This document shows positions 1 through 10,174 of a stretch of 64,000 bases of DNA, piece by piece. The position numbers and the translations under genes were made by a program. The notes beneath the pieces were generated by a model. That model had not been told where the DNA came from. It saw only the letters and a program-made list of their open reading frames with translations, and did not search any database. This DNA comes from Gammaproteobacteria bacterium (GTDB taxonomy: Bacteria; Pseudomonadota; Gammaproteobacteria; Steroidobacterales; XN24): assembly GCA_047921455.1 (NCBI GenBank), contig JBLRWC010000005.1, forward strand, positions 13,157 to 77,156. Direction: 5' to 3'. Every line of letters begins with the position of its first letter. The first letter of the stretch is position 1.

Positions 1-1
1 G

Positions 2-1186
2 GGCAATGCCGGCACCGAGCGCGAACCGCGCTGCGAGAATGTCGCCATAGACGCGGCCGATATCGCGGCGCTGGCCGACTTCGCGGCCGCCGAAAAAATC
101 GGCCTGACGATCGTCGGCCCAGAGGTCCCACTGGTTGCAGGCATCGTCGACGAGTTCACGCGCCGCGGGCTGAGGTGTTTCGGCCCGTCGGCGGCCTGCG
201 CGCGGCTGGAGGGCTCCAAGGCCTTTTCCAAGGCGTTCTTCGCGCGCCATGGAATCCCGACCGCGGCATGGAGCGACTTCAGCGACGCCGACGCCGCTTG
301 CCGATATATCCGCGCACAGGGCGCACCGATCGTGATCAAGGCCGATGGCCTGGCTGCTGGCAAGGGCGTCGTCGTAGCACAGACGGTGGCCGAGGCGGAA
401 GCCACAGTGCACGACATGCTGTCGGGGAACCGTTTCGGCGACGCCGGCGCGCGGGTCGTCATCGAGGAGTTCCTGGTCGGCGAGGAAGCCAGTTTCATCG
501 CCATGGTGGACGGCGCGCACATCCTGCCGCTGGCCTCCTCGCAGGACCACAAGGCGCGCGATGACGGCGACCAGGGCCCGAATACGGGCGGCATGGGCGC
601 GTATTCGCCCGCGCCGGTGGTCGATGCGGCACTGCACCGGCGCATCATGGACGAGGTGATGACGCCGACGGTGGCCGGCATGGCGGCCGAAGGCACACCC
701 TACGTAGGCTTTTTATACGCCGGCATCATGGTCGCAGCAGATGGCACGCCGAAGGTGCTGGAATTCAATTGCCGCTTCGGCGATCCCGAGACCCAGCCCG
801 TGCTGTTGCGCATGGAATCTGACCTGGTGCCGCTGTGCCTCGCGGCCCTGGACGGTGCACTGGACGGTGTGAGCTGCGCATGGGACAAACGCGCGGCGCT
901 GGGTGTGGTGCTCGCCGCCAGCGGCTATCCGGAGCACTACCGCAAGGGTGACCCGATCATCGGCCTGGACGCCGATGCCGGCCGCGCAGACATGAAGATC
1001 TTCCATGCTGGCACGCGGCTGGTGGACGGCAAGGTGCTGACGAACGGCGGCCGGGTGCTGTGCGCGGTTGCGCTGGGTGACGGCGTGGCTGAAGCGCAGC
1101 GCAAGGCCTACGAACTGGCTGCCAGGATCCATTGGGACGGCGTTTTCTTTCGGCACGACATCGGCTGGCGCGCGCTCGCCCGCTGA
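2..1186 (+). CDS. purD: Phosphoribosylamine--glycine ligase (5' end outside window)
   Basis: The frame is open from position 2 (GNAGTEREPRCENV...) and continues through the tracked ORF 332..1186. It has an ATP-grasp core (IVIKADGLAAGKGVVVA, EEFLVGEEASF, GPNTGGMGAYSPAP, LEFNCRFGDPE) and a stop at 1184-1186. Confidence 0.9.
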   Translation, partial: GNAGTEREPRCENVAIDAADIAALADFAAAEKIGLTIVGPEVPLVAGIVDEFTRRGLRCFGPSAACARLEGSKAFSKAFFARHGIPTAAWSDFSDADAACRYIRAQGAPIVIKADGLAAGKGVVVAQTVAEAEATVHDMLSGNRFGDAGARVVIEEFLVGEEASFIAMVDGAHILPLASSQDHKARDDGDQGPNTGGMGAYSPAPVVDAALHRRIMDEVMTPTVAGMAAEGTPYVGFLYAGIMVAADGTPKVLEFNCRFGDPETQPVLLRMESDLVPLCLAALDGALDGVSCAWDKRAALGVVLAASGYPEHYRKGDPIIGLDADAGRADMKIFHAGTRLVDGKVLTNGGRVLCAVALGDGVAEAQRKAYELAARIHWDGVFFRHDIGWRALAR

Positions 1187-1320
1187 CGCGGCACTCGTCG
1201 CGAACCTTTAGAATAGGCGTGTCACCACGCCGTTCACCGGAAGAACCAGTGCCCCAAGCAATACAGCGTCGCCTGGCGACGCGGCCGGTCGAAGCATGCA
1301 GGCAGCGAATCATCATCACC

Positions 1321-3033
1321 ATGTTGGTCGCGCTGGCCTGCCTGTGGCCATGGACGGCGCAGAGCCAAATCCGGGTTTCGATTTCGGGCGTCGAACCCGA
1401 AATCGAAGCCAATATCCGGGCCACGCTCAATCTTGTCCGCCTCGGGACGCGCGAAGACCTGTCGGAGGCAGCGGTGCGGCGACTCCACAGCCGCGCGCGC
1501 GGCGAAATTCGCGACGCCATGCGGCCCTTCGGTTACTACCGGCCGCGCATGGAAACCAGCCTCGAACGCCAGGACGGAGATTGGCTGGCGAGTTTCCAGA
1601 TCGATCCCGGCGAAGCGGTGCTGGTGACGGAAATCGACGTGCGCATCCTCGGCGAGGGCAGCGACGACGCCCGGCTGCTGGACGTGGTGGCCCAAAGCCC
1701 GCTCCGTCGCGACCGGCGACTGCGTCACCAGGAACACGATCGGCTGCGCAGTAACCTGCAAGGCGTTGCGGCGCAGCGCGGCTATTTCGAAGCCGAGTTC
1801 ACGCAACGCCGCCTCGAGGTGGAGCCGTCGGAGCTCAGCGCGCGCATCATCCTGCACCTGGAAACCGGCCCACGCTATCACTTGGGCGCGATCGACATCG
1901 AGCAGGACATACTCAACGAGGACCTGCTGCAGCGGATCGTGCTCCTGCGGGAAGGCGATCCTTACAGCGGCGATGCCGTATTGCAGACACAGTACCGCCT
2001 GACCGACAGTGCGTACTTCTCCAGCGTGATAGTCCAGACCGGCACCCCGGACGCCACGACCCGGGCCGTGCCTATCAGCATCGAGACTGTCCCGACCCGG
2101 CGCCAACGCATCCGCACGGGCATCGGCTACGCCACGGACACCCGGCTACGCGGCAGTCTCGGCGTCGACTGGCGCCGCCTCAACAAGGCTGGTCACTCCG
2201 CGGGCACCGAGTTGCGCCTCGCGGAAACCTCCAGCGAGTTGTCCGGCCGTTATCGTATCCCCATCGGCGACCCCATCAAGGAACGCCTGCTGTTCCGCGG
2301 CGGCGTGACGTACGAAGACCTTGCCGATGTCGAGAGCCGGCGGGCCACGCTGGGCGTCAGCCACGTGACGCAGCGTGGCGGCGGCTGGCAGCGCACCCTG
2401 TTTACCGACCTGATCGAGGAACGCACGCGCGCGGGCGATGAACCGGCGATGCGCGACCTGCTGGTGGTGCCCGGCATCGGCATGGAGAAGCTGATCGCCG
2501 ACGATATCCTGTTCCCGCGACACGGCTACCGGCTGCGGGGCGAAATACGCGGGTCGCACCAACTCCTGGGCGCCAGTACCGACTTCCTGCGGCTGGAGGC
2601 CGAAGCCAACCACGTCAGCTCGCTGGGCGAAGACTGGCGCTTTTTCGCCCGCAGCCGACTCGGGATCGGCTTCGTGGATGGCTTCTCCACCCTGCCTGCC
2701 TCGCAACGTTTTTTCGCCGGCGGCGACCAGAGTGTGCGCGGTTATCGCTTCAATAGCATGGGGCCGCGCGACGAAGCCGGCAACATCATCGGTGGTAAGC
2801 ACCTGGTGTTCGGCAGCCTCGAGGCCGAGCGACGGGTCTGGGGCCGCGTGGCGCTGGCGGGCTTCGTCGACGCGGGCAATGCACTCGACGACTTCGGCGA
2901 TCCGATCGAGGTGGCCGTCGGCCTCGGCGTCCATGTGCACACGCCCATCGGCACCGTCCGCATCGCCATCGCCCAGTCCGTCACCGAAAGCCGCAACCTT
3001 CGTCTCCACCTGACGATTCGGCCCGACTTATGA
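1321..3033 (+). CDS. tamA: Omp85-family outer-membrane protein, TamA-like (translocation and assembly module)
   Basis: This is ORF 1132..3033. The ATG at 1321 gives a signal peptide (MLVALACLWPWTAQSQ), followed by POTRA-like repeats and a C-terminal surface-antigen barrel (FFAGGDQSVRGYRFNSMGPRD). Its stop overlaps the tamB start (ATGA at 3030-3033). The start choice is inferred. Confidence 0.8.
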   Translation: MLVALACLWPWTAQSQIRVSISGVEPEIEANIRATLNLVRLGTREDLSEAAVRRLHSRARGEIRDAMRPFGYYRPRMETSLERQDGDWLASFQIDPGEAVLVTEIDVRILGEGSDDARLLDVVAQSPLRRDRRLRHQEHDRLRSNLQGVAAQRGYFEAEFTQRRLEVEPSELSARIILHLETGPRYHLGAIDIEQDILNEDLLQRIVLLREGDPYSGDAVLQTQYRLTDSAYFSSVIVQTGTPDATTRAVPISIETVPTRRQRIRTGIGYATDTRLRGSLGVDWRRLNKAGHSAGTELRLAETSSELSGRYRIPIGDPIKERLLFRGGVTYEDLADVESRRATLGVSHVTQRGGGWQRTLFTDLIEERTRAGDEPAMRDLLVVPGIGMEKLIADDILFPRHGYRLRGEIRGSHQLLGASTDFLRLEAEANHVSSLGEDWRFFARSRLGIGFVDGFSTLPASQRFFAGGDQSVRGYRFNSMGPRDEAGNIIGGKHLVFGSLEAERRVWGRVALAGFVDAGNALDDFGDPIEVAVGLGVHVHTPIGTVRIAIAQSVTESRNLRLHLTIRPDL

Positions 3034-6000
3034 GGCGCCGCAAGCTCATCATCGCCCTCCTCTTCCTGGTCGCACTGGGCGGCGCGTGTGCCTGGCTCGC
3101 CGGCACGACCAGCGGCCTGCGCTTCCTGGCAGCCCGGGCGCTGCCTTACTTGCCGGTCGCGCTGGATACGGCGGACATCGAGGGCCGCCTGGTGGGGCCG
3201 CTGTCCCTGGGCCCGATCGAACTTGCCACGCCGGAACTAAGCGGCACGATCGAAAGCGTCGCACTCGATTGGCGGCCGTCCGCATTGCTGCGCCGGACAC
3301 TGCACATCGACTCGCTGATTATCACCGGACCGCGACTGCGGCTCGATACGCCGGTAGCGCCGCCGGACGACCCACCGGCCGACGATGCATCGCCGTTTTC
3401 GCTGCCCATCAACGTGGTTCTCGATCACCTGGCGCTGGTCGATGGCGAACTGCGCTCGGCTGACGAAGTCGTCCTGGACGATTTTCAGCTGGCGCTCGCC
3501 GGCCAGGCGGCTGGACAGCAGGTCACGCTGTATCGCCTGGCGCTGAACAGCAATCAAGGCGCGCTATCGGGTCATGCGCATATTTCGCTCGCTGCCGGCG
3601 ACGCGTGGGACATTGACCTGGCCTGGCAGCTAGCGCTGGCCGGGGAGGCCCACGCCGGTCATACCCGCGTCACGGGACCGCTGGCGGAACTCGACGTGAC
3701 GCAGGAGATTTCTGCGCCGCTGACGGCCCGCCTCGAGGGCGTCGTGCGCGGGCTGCCGGCGGCCCCAGCCTGGGATCTTGCGCTGGCGCTGGAGCCCCTG
3801 CCCTCCCGTCCCACGCTCTGGCCCGCGGCTGTCGATGCCCTGGCAGCCGAGCTGCGCCTCGAGGGAGGCATCGCCGACAGCCGGATCATGGGCCACTTCA
3901 CCTGGCCGGCGCAGGTAGCGGGTCGCATCGATCTCGAGGCGCAGCTCGGCTGGCTCGAAAACGTCCTGCGCCTCAGGCATCTCGAGCTCCGCTTGCAGGA
4001 TGGTGCGCAGCTGACCGCCGCAGGCCGCTTCGAGCCGGGCGATGAACCTGCCGCGGAATTCACCGTGGACGGTGTCGACCTGGGCTGGCCGCTGGGCGAA
4101 ACCGTGCACCAGGTCGAGGTTCCCCGGTTCACGCTGCGTGGCAGCGGTGCAGGCGATCAATGGGATGTGACGGCGACCGCGCGTGCACGACAGGGTGAAC
4201 TGCCCGAGGTGGACATCGACACGACGCTGCAGTGGGCCGACGCCCTGCTCACCGTCGAGCGCCTGGAAATCGCCTCGCTGGACGACACCCTGCACTTGAC
4301 CGCGCATGGCTCGCTCGACACCGCCGACGACCGGCTGGACTACCGGATTTCGGCCGCTGCGAGGGCCGACCTGCCGGATTACCCGCGGCTCGACGCCACG
4401 CTGACAGCCACGGGGGACGCGCAAGGTTTACGCGTCGAGACACTGACGGCACAACTCCTGGATGGCACGGTAGCGGGCGCGGGCCGGATCGCCTGGACTG
4501 GCGATGAAGCAGCAGACTTTCACCTCGAATTTACCGGTCTCGATCCGGCCACGCTGGCACCTGGTTGGCCCGGTCGCCTCGCGGGTCAACTCGAACTGCG
4601 CGGCTTGCCGACCGCCCCGGACGGGCTGGAGCTGACCCTGCACTCGCTGCGGGGGGAATTGCGCTCGCTGCCGGTGGACGCGACCGCGAGCCTGAATATC
4701 AGTGACGAAGTCTACCTGTTACGCGAGCTGTCCCTGGCGGTCGGCGGGGCATCGCTGCAGGCCGACGGCCGCCTCGACCCGGCCACGGTGCGGTTCGAGG
4801 CCGCACTGGAGGCGCCCGCGCTGGACGATTTCGATGCCGCTGCGCGCGGCGAACTGAGCGCCACCGCGCGGATCGACGGACCGCGTTCCGCACCCCGGAT
4901 CGCACTGGCCGCCAGCGGATCACGACTGCGCTGGCAAAACAACCGCGCGCGCGCGGTACGCATCGAGGGCATGGTGGATGCGTCAGGCGCGGAACCGTCG
5001 AATATCCTGGCCGAACTCGACGGTTTGGCCCTGGCGCCCGGACCGGGCATGCAGGTTCGGCTCGCGGCCGATGGTCTGCCCGGTGACCACCACCTGCACC
5101 TGCAAATCGACCGGCAGCGACCCGGACAGCAGTTCATCCTCGCGCTCAGGGGCGCGCTCGCGGACCAGCGCTGGGAAGGACAGTTGACGGAACTCTCGCT
5201 GGCCGAGGAAGAGCAACCGGTCTGGGCGCTGCAATCGCCGGCAGACCTGATCGTGGACGCTGCGGCCGTTGCCCTGCACGATGCCTGCATGGACGGTACT
5301 TTGGGGCTGCTTTGTGTCGACGCGGACTGGCGGCGCGAGGGGCCGTGGCGCGGCAGCGCGACGCTGGCCGAGCTCGACCTGGGCCCGCTGAGCGACTGGC
5401 TCGGGGCGGGGCTGAGCGCCAGCGGCGTGGTCACCGGAGAGATCGAAGTCCAGGCGGATGAGAAAATGTTCCGTCGTTTGTCGGGGGGTCTCGAGCTGAC
5501 CGTCGGCGATCTCCGCGTGGCCAGCGAGGAGACGGCCCCCTTGTTGTCATGGGACGGTGGACGACTCGAACTCGACGGCGACGAGGACGAGGCACGGCTG
5601 CGCCTGCGTCTTGACCTGGCCGAAGGCGACCGGCTCGACGGTCGGCTGGCGGTGGGCTGGAATGCGGACGACCCACCGCTGGATGGCCAATTGGACGCTG
5701 AACTCCAGCGGCTCGGCCTCATTGCGGAACTGGTGCCGGACCTTGCCGACCTCAGGGGCCGCGCGACCGCCACAGCTTCGCTCTCCGGAACTTTCGCCGC
5801 GCCGGTATTGGCGGCGCGTTTCGAATGGCAGGACGGGACCGCGGAAGTACCAACCCTCGGCCTGCGCCCTGAGGCGATTAATGTGGTGGCCACGCTGGAG
5901 GAGCGAACCCTGGGTTTCACCGCGACCGGCCGCTCGGGCGACGGCAATTTTGAACTCGAGGGAGAGTTCGATCTCCACGCCAACGCCGTCGAGGGGCGCG

Positions 6001-6929
6001 CCACGCTGCAAGGCGAAAACGTCCTGCTGGCGGCGTTGCCGGAGGCGCGTGTCACCGCCAGTCCGGACCTGCGCTTCCGCTACACCGAAAATCGCCTCAC
6101 CGTCGGCGGCGACGTCAATATTCCATTCGCCCGGATCACCGGCCTTGGCGGGCCGACGGCGATCAGCGCCAGCCCGGACGAAGTTATTGTCGGCCCCAGG
6201 GCGCGCCCGGAGGAAGAGGGGCTGCGGGTGGCCAGCATGGTACGTGTCACGGTCGGTCCCGACGTGCAGGTGCGGGCAGCTGGCCTGCGCGGCAGTGTCG
6301 AGGGCGACCTCCGTACGGTCATTGAGCCGCAGGCCCTGCCGTGGGGGCGCGGCGAGTTGCGCGTCGTCGACGGCACTTTCGGCGTGCTGGGCCAACGCCT
6401 CGAAATCGAGACCGGCCGGCTGATTTATACCGGTGGACCGCTGGACAACCCCGGCCTGGAAATCCGGGCCGTGCGGCGGGTCGATACGATCACCGCCGGC
6501 GCGCTGGTGCGCGGCACCCTGAAGGACCCGGAAATCTCAGTCTATTCCGATCCGCCCATGCCAAGCGCCGAGGTGCTGTCTTACCTTACGCTCGGCAAGG
6601 GACTCGACGAACTCCAGTCCGGCGAACAACAAAGCCTGAACCAGGCCGCCAACACCCTGGCCCTTTCCGGCGGCGGACTGATCGCCAAGGACCTGGGCCG
6701 CAAGCTGGGGTTGGATGACGTTTCGGTCTCGGCTGACGACGACGCCGGCACCGCCCTGGTGGTCGGCAAGTATCTCGGCGGCGGCTTGTACGTAAGCTAT
6801 GGGCTCGGGCTGTTCGATGCGGTGAACACCCTGCGACTGCGCTTCCAGATCAGCCAGCGACTGTCCCTCGAAGCGAAATCCGGCGAGGAATCGGCGGCGG
6901 ACCTGTTCTACACCATCGAGCGCGACTGA
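3030..6929 (+). CDS. tamB: Translocation and assembly module protein TamB (DUF490-type C-terminus)
   Basis: The 1299-aa ORF has an N-terminal signal anchor (KLIIALLFLVALGGACAWLAG), a long repetitive beta-rich body and a TamB-type C-terminus (GRLIYTGGPLDNPGLEIRAVRR...LRLRFQISQRLSLEAKSG). It is translationally coupled to tamA. Confidence 0.85.
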   Translation: MRRRKLIIALLFLVALGGACAWLAGTTSGLRFLAARALPYLPVALDTADIEGRLVGPLSLGPIELATPELSGTIESVALDWRPSALLRRTLHIDSLIITGPRLRLDTPVAPPDDPPADDASPFSLPINVVLDHLALVDGELRSADEVVLDDFQLALAGQAAGQQVTLYRLALNSNQGALSGHAHISLAAGDAWDIDLAWQLALAGEAHAGHTRVTGPLAELDVTQEISAPLTARLEGVVRGLPAAPAWDLALALEPLPSRPTLWPAAVDALAAELRLEGGIADSRIMGHFTWPAQVAGRIDLEAQLGWLENVLRLRHLELRLQDGAQLTAAGRFEPGDEPAAEFTVDGVDLGWPLGETVHQVEVPRFTLRGSGAGDQWDVTATARARQGELPEVDIDTTLQWADALLTVERLEIASLDDTLHLTAHGSLDTADDRLDYRISAAARADLPDYPRLDATLTATGDAQGLRVETLTAQLLDGTVAGAGRIAWTGDEAADFHLEFTGLDPATLAPGWPGRLAGQLELRGLPTAPDGLELTLHSLRGELRSLPVDATASLNISDEVYLLRELSLAVGGASLQADGRLDPATVRFEAALEAPALDDFDAAARGELSATARIDGPRSAPRIALAASGSRLRWQNNRARAVRIEGMVDASGAEPSNILAELDGLALAPGPGMQVRLAADGLPGDHHLHLQIDRQRPGQQFILALRGALADQRWEGQLTELSLAEEEQPVWALQSPADLIVDAAAVALHDACMDGTLGLLCVDADWRREGPWRGSATLAELDLGPLSDWLGAGLSASGVVTGEIEVQADEKMFRRLSGGLELTVGDLRVASEETAPLLSWDGGRLELDGDEDEARLRLRLDLAEGDRLDGRLAVGWNADDPPLDGQLDAELQRLGLIAELVPDLADLRGRATATASLSGTFAAPVLAARFEWQDGTAEVPTLGLRPEAINVVATLEERTLGFTATGRSGDGNFELEGEFDLHANAVEGRATLQGENVLLAALPEARVTASPDLRFRYTENRLTVGGDVNIPFARITGLGGPTAISASPDEVIVGPRARPEEEGLRVASMVRVTVGPDVQVRAAGLRGSVEGDLRTVIEPQALPWGRGELRVVDGTFGVLGQRLEIETGRLIYTGGPLDNPGLEIRAVRRVDTITAGALVRGTLKDPEISVYSDPPMPSAEVLSYLTLGKGLDELQSGEQQSLNQAANTLALSGGGLIAKDLGRKLGLDDVSVSADDDAGTALVVGKYLGGGLYVSYGLGLFDAVNTLRLRFQISQRLSLEAKSGEESAADLFYTIERD

Positions 6930-6966
6930 AGCGGTCGCTCGAGGCGGCTGGCCGACGTAACGCCGG

Positions 6967-7428
6967 CTAGGCGCCTGGGCCCGCGATGGTGCCCCACAAC
7001 ACCATGAGTACGACCCAGCGATCCTCCCAGCGCACCAGCTGGAGGTAGTCCACGTACAGCGGCGAAACCACCCGCGCGGTCGCCATGTCCCCATGGCGGT
7101 CCAGGATCGCAATCCGCAGGTTCAAAGGCCCCGGCTCAAGCGGTTTGCCGACCCCGGCGCGGGTCGCCTGGATCAATGCCATCGCGTCCATATCCAGCAG
7201 CCGTTGCTCACCACTGAGCACGTCGCTCACGACGCGGCGCCGTACCGCCTCGGGATGCAGTGCACGCGCCATGCGTTCCGCGTCGCCGGTCGCCCAGGCT
7301 TCCGCGTAATCGAGCACCACGGCCTTGATGGCCTCGTCCTCCGCAATACTCGCCGGGGCGTCGCCAGGCATGAGCGCGCACAACAGCAGGCCGGCGCCCA
7401 ACCAGGCCGCGCCGTGCAACCGCCTCAT
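6967..7428 (-). CDS. Exported NTF2-like / SnoaL-like fold protein (function unknown)
   Basis: The 153-aa ORF has a signal peptide (AWLGAGLLLCALMPGDAPA). The pattern AVVLDYAEAWATGDAERMARALHPE...ATARV...YLQLVRWEDRWVV is typical of NTF2-like proteins. It shares an ATGA overlap with the upstream amidohydrolase (7425-7428). Confidence 0.55.
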   Translation of the reverse strand: MRRLHGAAWLGAGLLLCALMPGDAPASIAEDEAIKAVVLDYAEAWATGDAERMARALHPEAVRRRVVSDVLSGEQRLLDMDAMALIQATRAGVGKPLEPGPLNLRIAILDRHGDMATARVVSPLYVDYLQLVRWEDRWVVLMVLWGTIAGPGA

Positions 7429-8279
7429 TCCGTCTCCTCCGGCGCGGCCGCACCGGCCGGTGGGGTCGCGCCAGGCACCTCGATGCGGAACAGCTTCGCC
7501 GCCGTGCGCCAGGCGAGACCTTCTTTTGCATCAGCTGAAAGCTCCAGGCTTTCGAAAAACCTGCGGTAGGTGCGCATACCGGCCAGCGGCCAGTCGGTAC
7601 CGTACATCAGCTGCTGCCCGGGGTCGCCCATGTAACTGATCATGTCGCGGACGCGCTGCAACATGTAGCGTTCGAATTCGTAGTGGAACTCCCCCAGTGT
7701 CAGTCCCGATATGTCGGCATAGACGTTGTCGTTCTTGTAGAGCACCTCGGCGGCGTCCTGGAACCACGGGTTGCCGAGATGGCAGATCACGAAACGCACG
7801 TCCGGGTAATCAACCGCAATGTCATCCACCAGCAGCGGATGCGCCTGGCGGACCTTTGCATGCTTGGAATACGTGTCGCCGCAATGGATCATCACCGGCA
7901 CATCGTGTTTTTCGGCGATGCGGAACACGCTCTCCAGCGAGGGGTCGTTAATCGGGTAGCGGTCGTACCCCGGGTACAACTTGATGCCCTTGACAAGGCC
8001 TTCCCTGATCCGGTCCTCCATGTTGTACAGGTCGGTGTGCTCGTCCGGATCGCGCCAGCGCAGGCCTTCGACGATGCTGATGCGCGGGTCATCGCCGACG
8101 ACGCGAATCACTTCATCCACATGCGGGCGATGCGCATTGACCTTGTACGAGGTCAGCACCACGGCGTGGTCCACGCCATTCTCGTCCATCGCGGCGAAAA
8201 GGTCTGCGGCGATGTCCTCGGCCGAGCGGCTGTGGGTATCGTCGTAATTGTTCAGGTGCACATGGCAGTCGATCAGCAT
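7425..8279 (-). CDS. Metal-dependent amidohydrolase-family (TIM-barrel) hydrolase
   Basis: The 284-aa ORF starts MLIDCHVHLNNYDD (HxH metal motif). It also has internal VMIHCGD and FVICHLGNPW, typical of the Amidohydro_2 family. Confidence 0.7.
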   Translation of the reverse strand: MLIDCHVHLNNYDDTHSRSAEDIAADLFAAMDENGVDHAVVLTSYKVNAHRPHVDEVIRVVGDDPRISIVEGLRWRDPDEHTDLYNMEDRIREGLVKGIKLYPGYDRYPINDPSLESVFRIAEKHDVPVMIHCGDTYSKHAKVRQAHPLLVDDIAVDYPDVRFVICHLGNPWFQDAAEVLYKNDNVYADISGLTLGEFHYEFERYMLQRVRDMISYMGDPGQQLMYGTDWPLAGMRTYRRFFESLELSADAKEGLAWRTAAKLFRIEVPGATPPAGAAAPEETE

Positions 8280-8334
8280 ATGGATACCCTAGCTGGAGAA
8301 GAGCCAGCAGCCAACTACCAGCAAAAATCGATGC

Positions 8335-10005
8335 TCAGAAACTGCGCCGCCCCTCGACCAGGAACTGGAAACTGCTGATAGAAGAGTCACCGTCGAGCGG
8401 AAAGGCGAAATCGACATGAATCATCCGGCCGATGCTCGAACGCGTGCTGGCGAGGCGCAGACCGAAGCCGACGTCCTTGAGCAAACCGAGGTTTTCGCCG
8501 CCGAAAGGATTGTCCCCCCAGACCCGGCCGGCGTCGAAAAACACGGCGCCGCCAACCCGGAACAGGCGCCAGAGATAGTAATCGGTGAAGTAGCGCTGCT
8601 CGATGGTGAACTGTGCGCGGGCATCACCACGTTGATAACGCAGCGGATAACCGCGCAGGCCGTCGTCACCCCCGATCTCGAGCGGATTATCGAGATCGAG
8701 CCGTCGTGAAACGTCACCGCGCAAGGAGGCGAACAACAGGCGCCGCTCGGACTGTCGCAGGTACCAGCGCGCCGCACCGCCGAAAATGGCGTTGTGCAGT
8801 TCGCCGCTCTCCAGCCGGCCGTCGGCGTGGGCGGAGAAGCGCCACAGCATGTGATTGGGGTCACCATAGCCGCGACTGCCGAGCGCTGAAAACACTGCAC
8901 CGCCGCGATCGGCGCCCAGCGGTTTGGCGAGCACACCGAGTCGTACCCGCATATCGGCGCCCAGCGACACGTCCTCGGTCCGGTCGATCTGGTCCAGGTT
9001 CTTGGCCCGCTCAAAGCGATCCTCGACCAACTGGTACTCAATGTAGGGATAGACCAACCTGCGGTGTTCCGGAATCAGCAATGGGTCGAGGGAGTCCTCC
9101 GCATTGGCGAAGCTGCGTTCGTCATAGACGAGGCCGCCCAGCCAGCGGTGGGCCCAACCGTCGACGAGGCCCCTCGAGCGACCGCCGTACATATCGAAAT
9201 ATTCTATGTCCTGGCGAAACCGGCCAATTTCGTCGCCCAGCACGTAAACAGGGTCCCTGCGGCGCTCGTCCCGCACGGTGCCGCCCAGCGCCCAGCGCGT
9301 GTCGAGCGCATAGAACGGCCGCTCGATCCCCAGGGCGAAGATATGGCCGTCGCTGTTATCGGCGATGGTCGTGTCAAGCGCGATCCAGCGTCCGCCCAGG
9401 TTGCGATCCGCATAAGATAGCTCAGTTCTCCTGCGCTCCTCGTCGATGCGGCGCAAAAACCCGATACTGCCGCCGCGGCCGAGAAAATTGTCCTCCTGGA
9501 TATCGAAGCCGACACGGCTTTCACCGCCGCTGCGCGACACGGAAATGCCGGGCTTCAACGACCATACATCCTGCGTGTGAACCAGGATGTCCACCATGCC
9601 GTCGTCACAGGCGGATACCACGACTGCGGCATCGTAAAGATAGGCCGTGTCACGCAGGATGCGCTCCGATTCATACAGTTGCTGGCGGTTGAAGGTGTCG
9701 CCCTGCTCGAATAACAGCTGGCGCTGGATTACCTGGTCCCGGGTACGCACATTCAGCCGGTTCATCATCCGGAACAACGCCTTGTCCTCTGCGGGGTCGT
9801 CGAGGTCGAAAATGTTCCGGGCGTCGATCTCGATACTGTTGATCCGGGCACCCTGCGCTTCCAGCGTCTCGCCAGGTAACTCACAGGCTGCCGCTTGCTC
9901 CTGCGGGCCCTCGCCCGCCGCCGGGTGAAACGCGGTCATGGCGACGATCAGCGCCACCGCAAACCTGGTGCGATGGCGGGCCAAGCGGCCAACGTCAACG
10001 CGCAC
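8335..10005 (-). CDS. Omp85/BamA-TamA-family outer-membrane protein (POTRA plus beta-barrel)
   Basis: The 556-aa ORF has a GTG start and a signal peptide (FAVALIVAMTAFHPAAG). It has one POTRA-like segment (INSIEIDARNIFD...), a barrel with GGDDGLRGYPLRY and GRMIHVDFAFPL, and a terminal aromatic residue (RRSF). Confidence 0.7.
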   Translation of the reverse strand: MRVDVGRLARHRTRFAVALIVAMTAFHPAAGEGPQEQAAACELPGETLEAQGARINSIEIDARNIFDLDDPAEDKALFRMMNRLNVRTRDQVIQRQLLFEQGDTFNRQQLYESERILRDTAYLYDAAVVVSACDDGMVDILVHTQDVWSLKPGISVSRSGGESRVGFDIQEDNFLGRGGSIGFLRRIDEERRRTELSYADRNLGGRWIALDTTIADNSDGHIFALGIERPFYALDTRWALGGTVRDERRRDPVYVLGDEIGRFRQDIEYFDMYGGRSRGLVDGWAHRWLGGLVYDERSFANAEDSLDPLLIPEHRRLVYPYIEYQLVEDRFERAKNLDQIDRTEDVSLGADMRVRLGVLAKPLGADRGGAVFSALGSRGYGDPNHMLWRFSAHADGRLESGELHNAIFGGAARWYLRQSERRLLFASLRGDVSRRLDLDNPLEIGGDDGLRGYPLRYQRGDARAQFTIEQRYFTDYYLWRLFRVGGAVFFDAGRVWGDNPFGGENLGLLKDVGFGLRLASTRSSIGRMIHVDFAFPLDGDSSISSFQFLVEGRRSF

Positions 10006-10174
10006 GGAAAGTCATCAGCCTGGCGGACAGTTTCATGGGGCTAGATTACATCGAATCCGCCTGCCAGCAGCAAGATTGCCGCATTCGCCAATCACCGGCA
10101 CACGGAAAGCAACGATTGACTTGGCCGGCGGTGGCGTTGCAGCGTAATGACAAGGTAGTCACGGGCCAGCGTCA

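Noticed and set aside
4712-6055. A 447-aa minus-strand ORF inside tamB, plus many similar 60-290-aa ORFs throughout the track. Examples: 713..1156, 1234..2106, 10328..11365, 41202..42497, 43226..44284, 48082..49251, 54535..56100.
   Set aside because: All are antisense or out of frame relative to genes with strong motif support. They have Ser/Arg/Pro/Ala-dominated composition. In DNA this GC-rich, stop codons are rare in non-coding frames.
10006-10174. The divergent intergenic region between the Omp85 gene and the NOX-like gene, scanned for a Fur box or clear sigma-70 promoter.
   Set aside because: I found only weak partial matches, such as TTGACT with a 21-nt spacer to CGTAAT and no convincing 19-bp Fur palindrome. 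This is not reportable.
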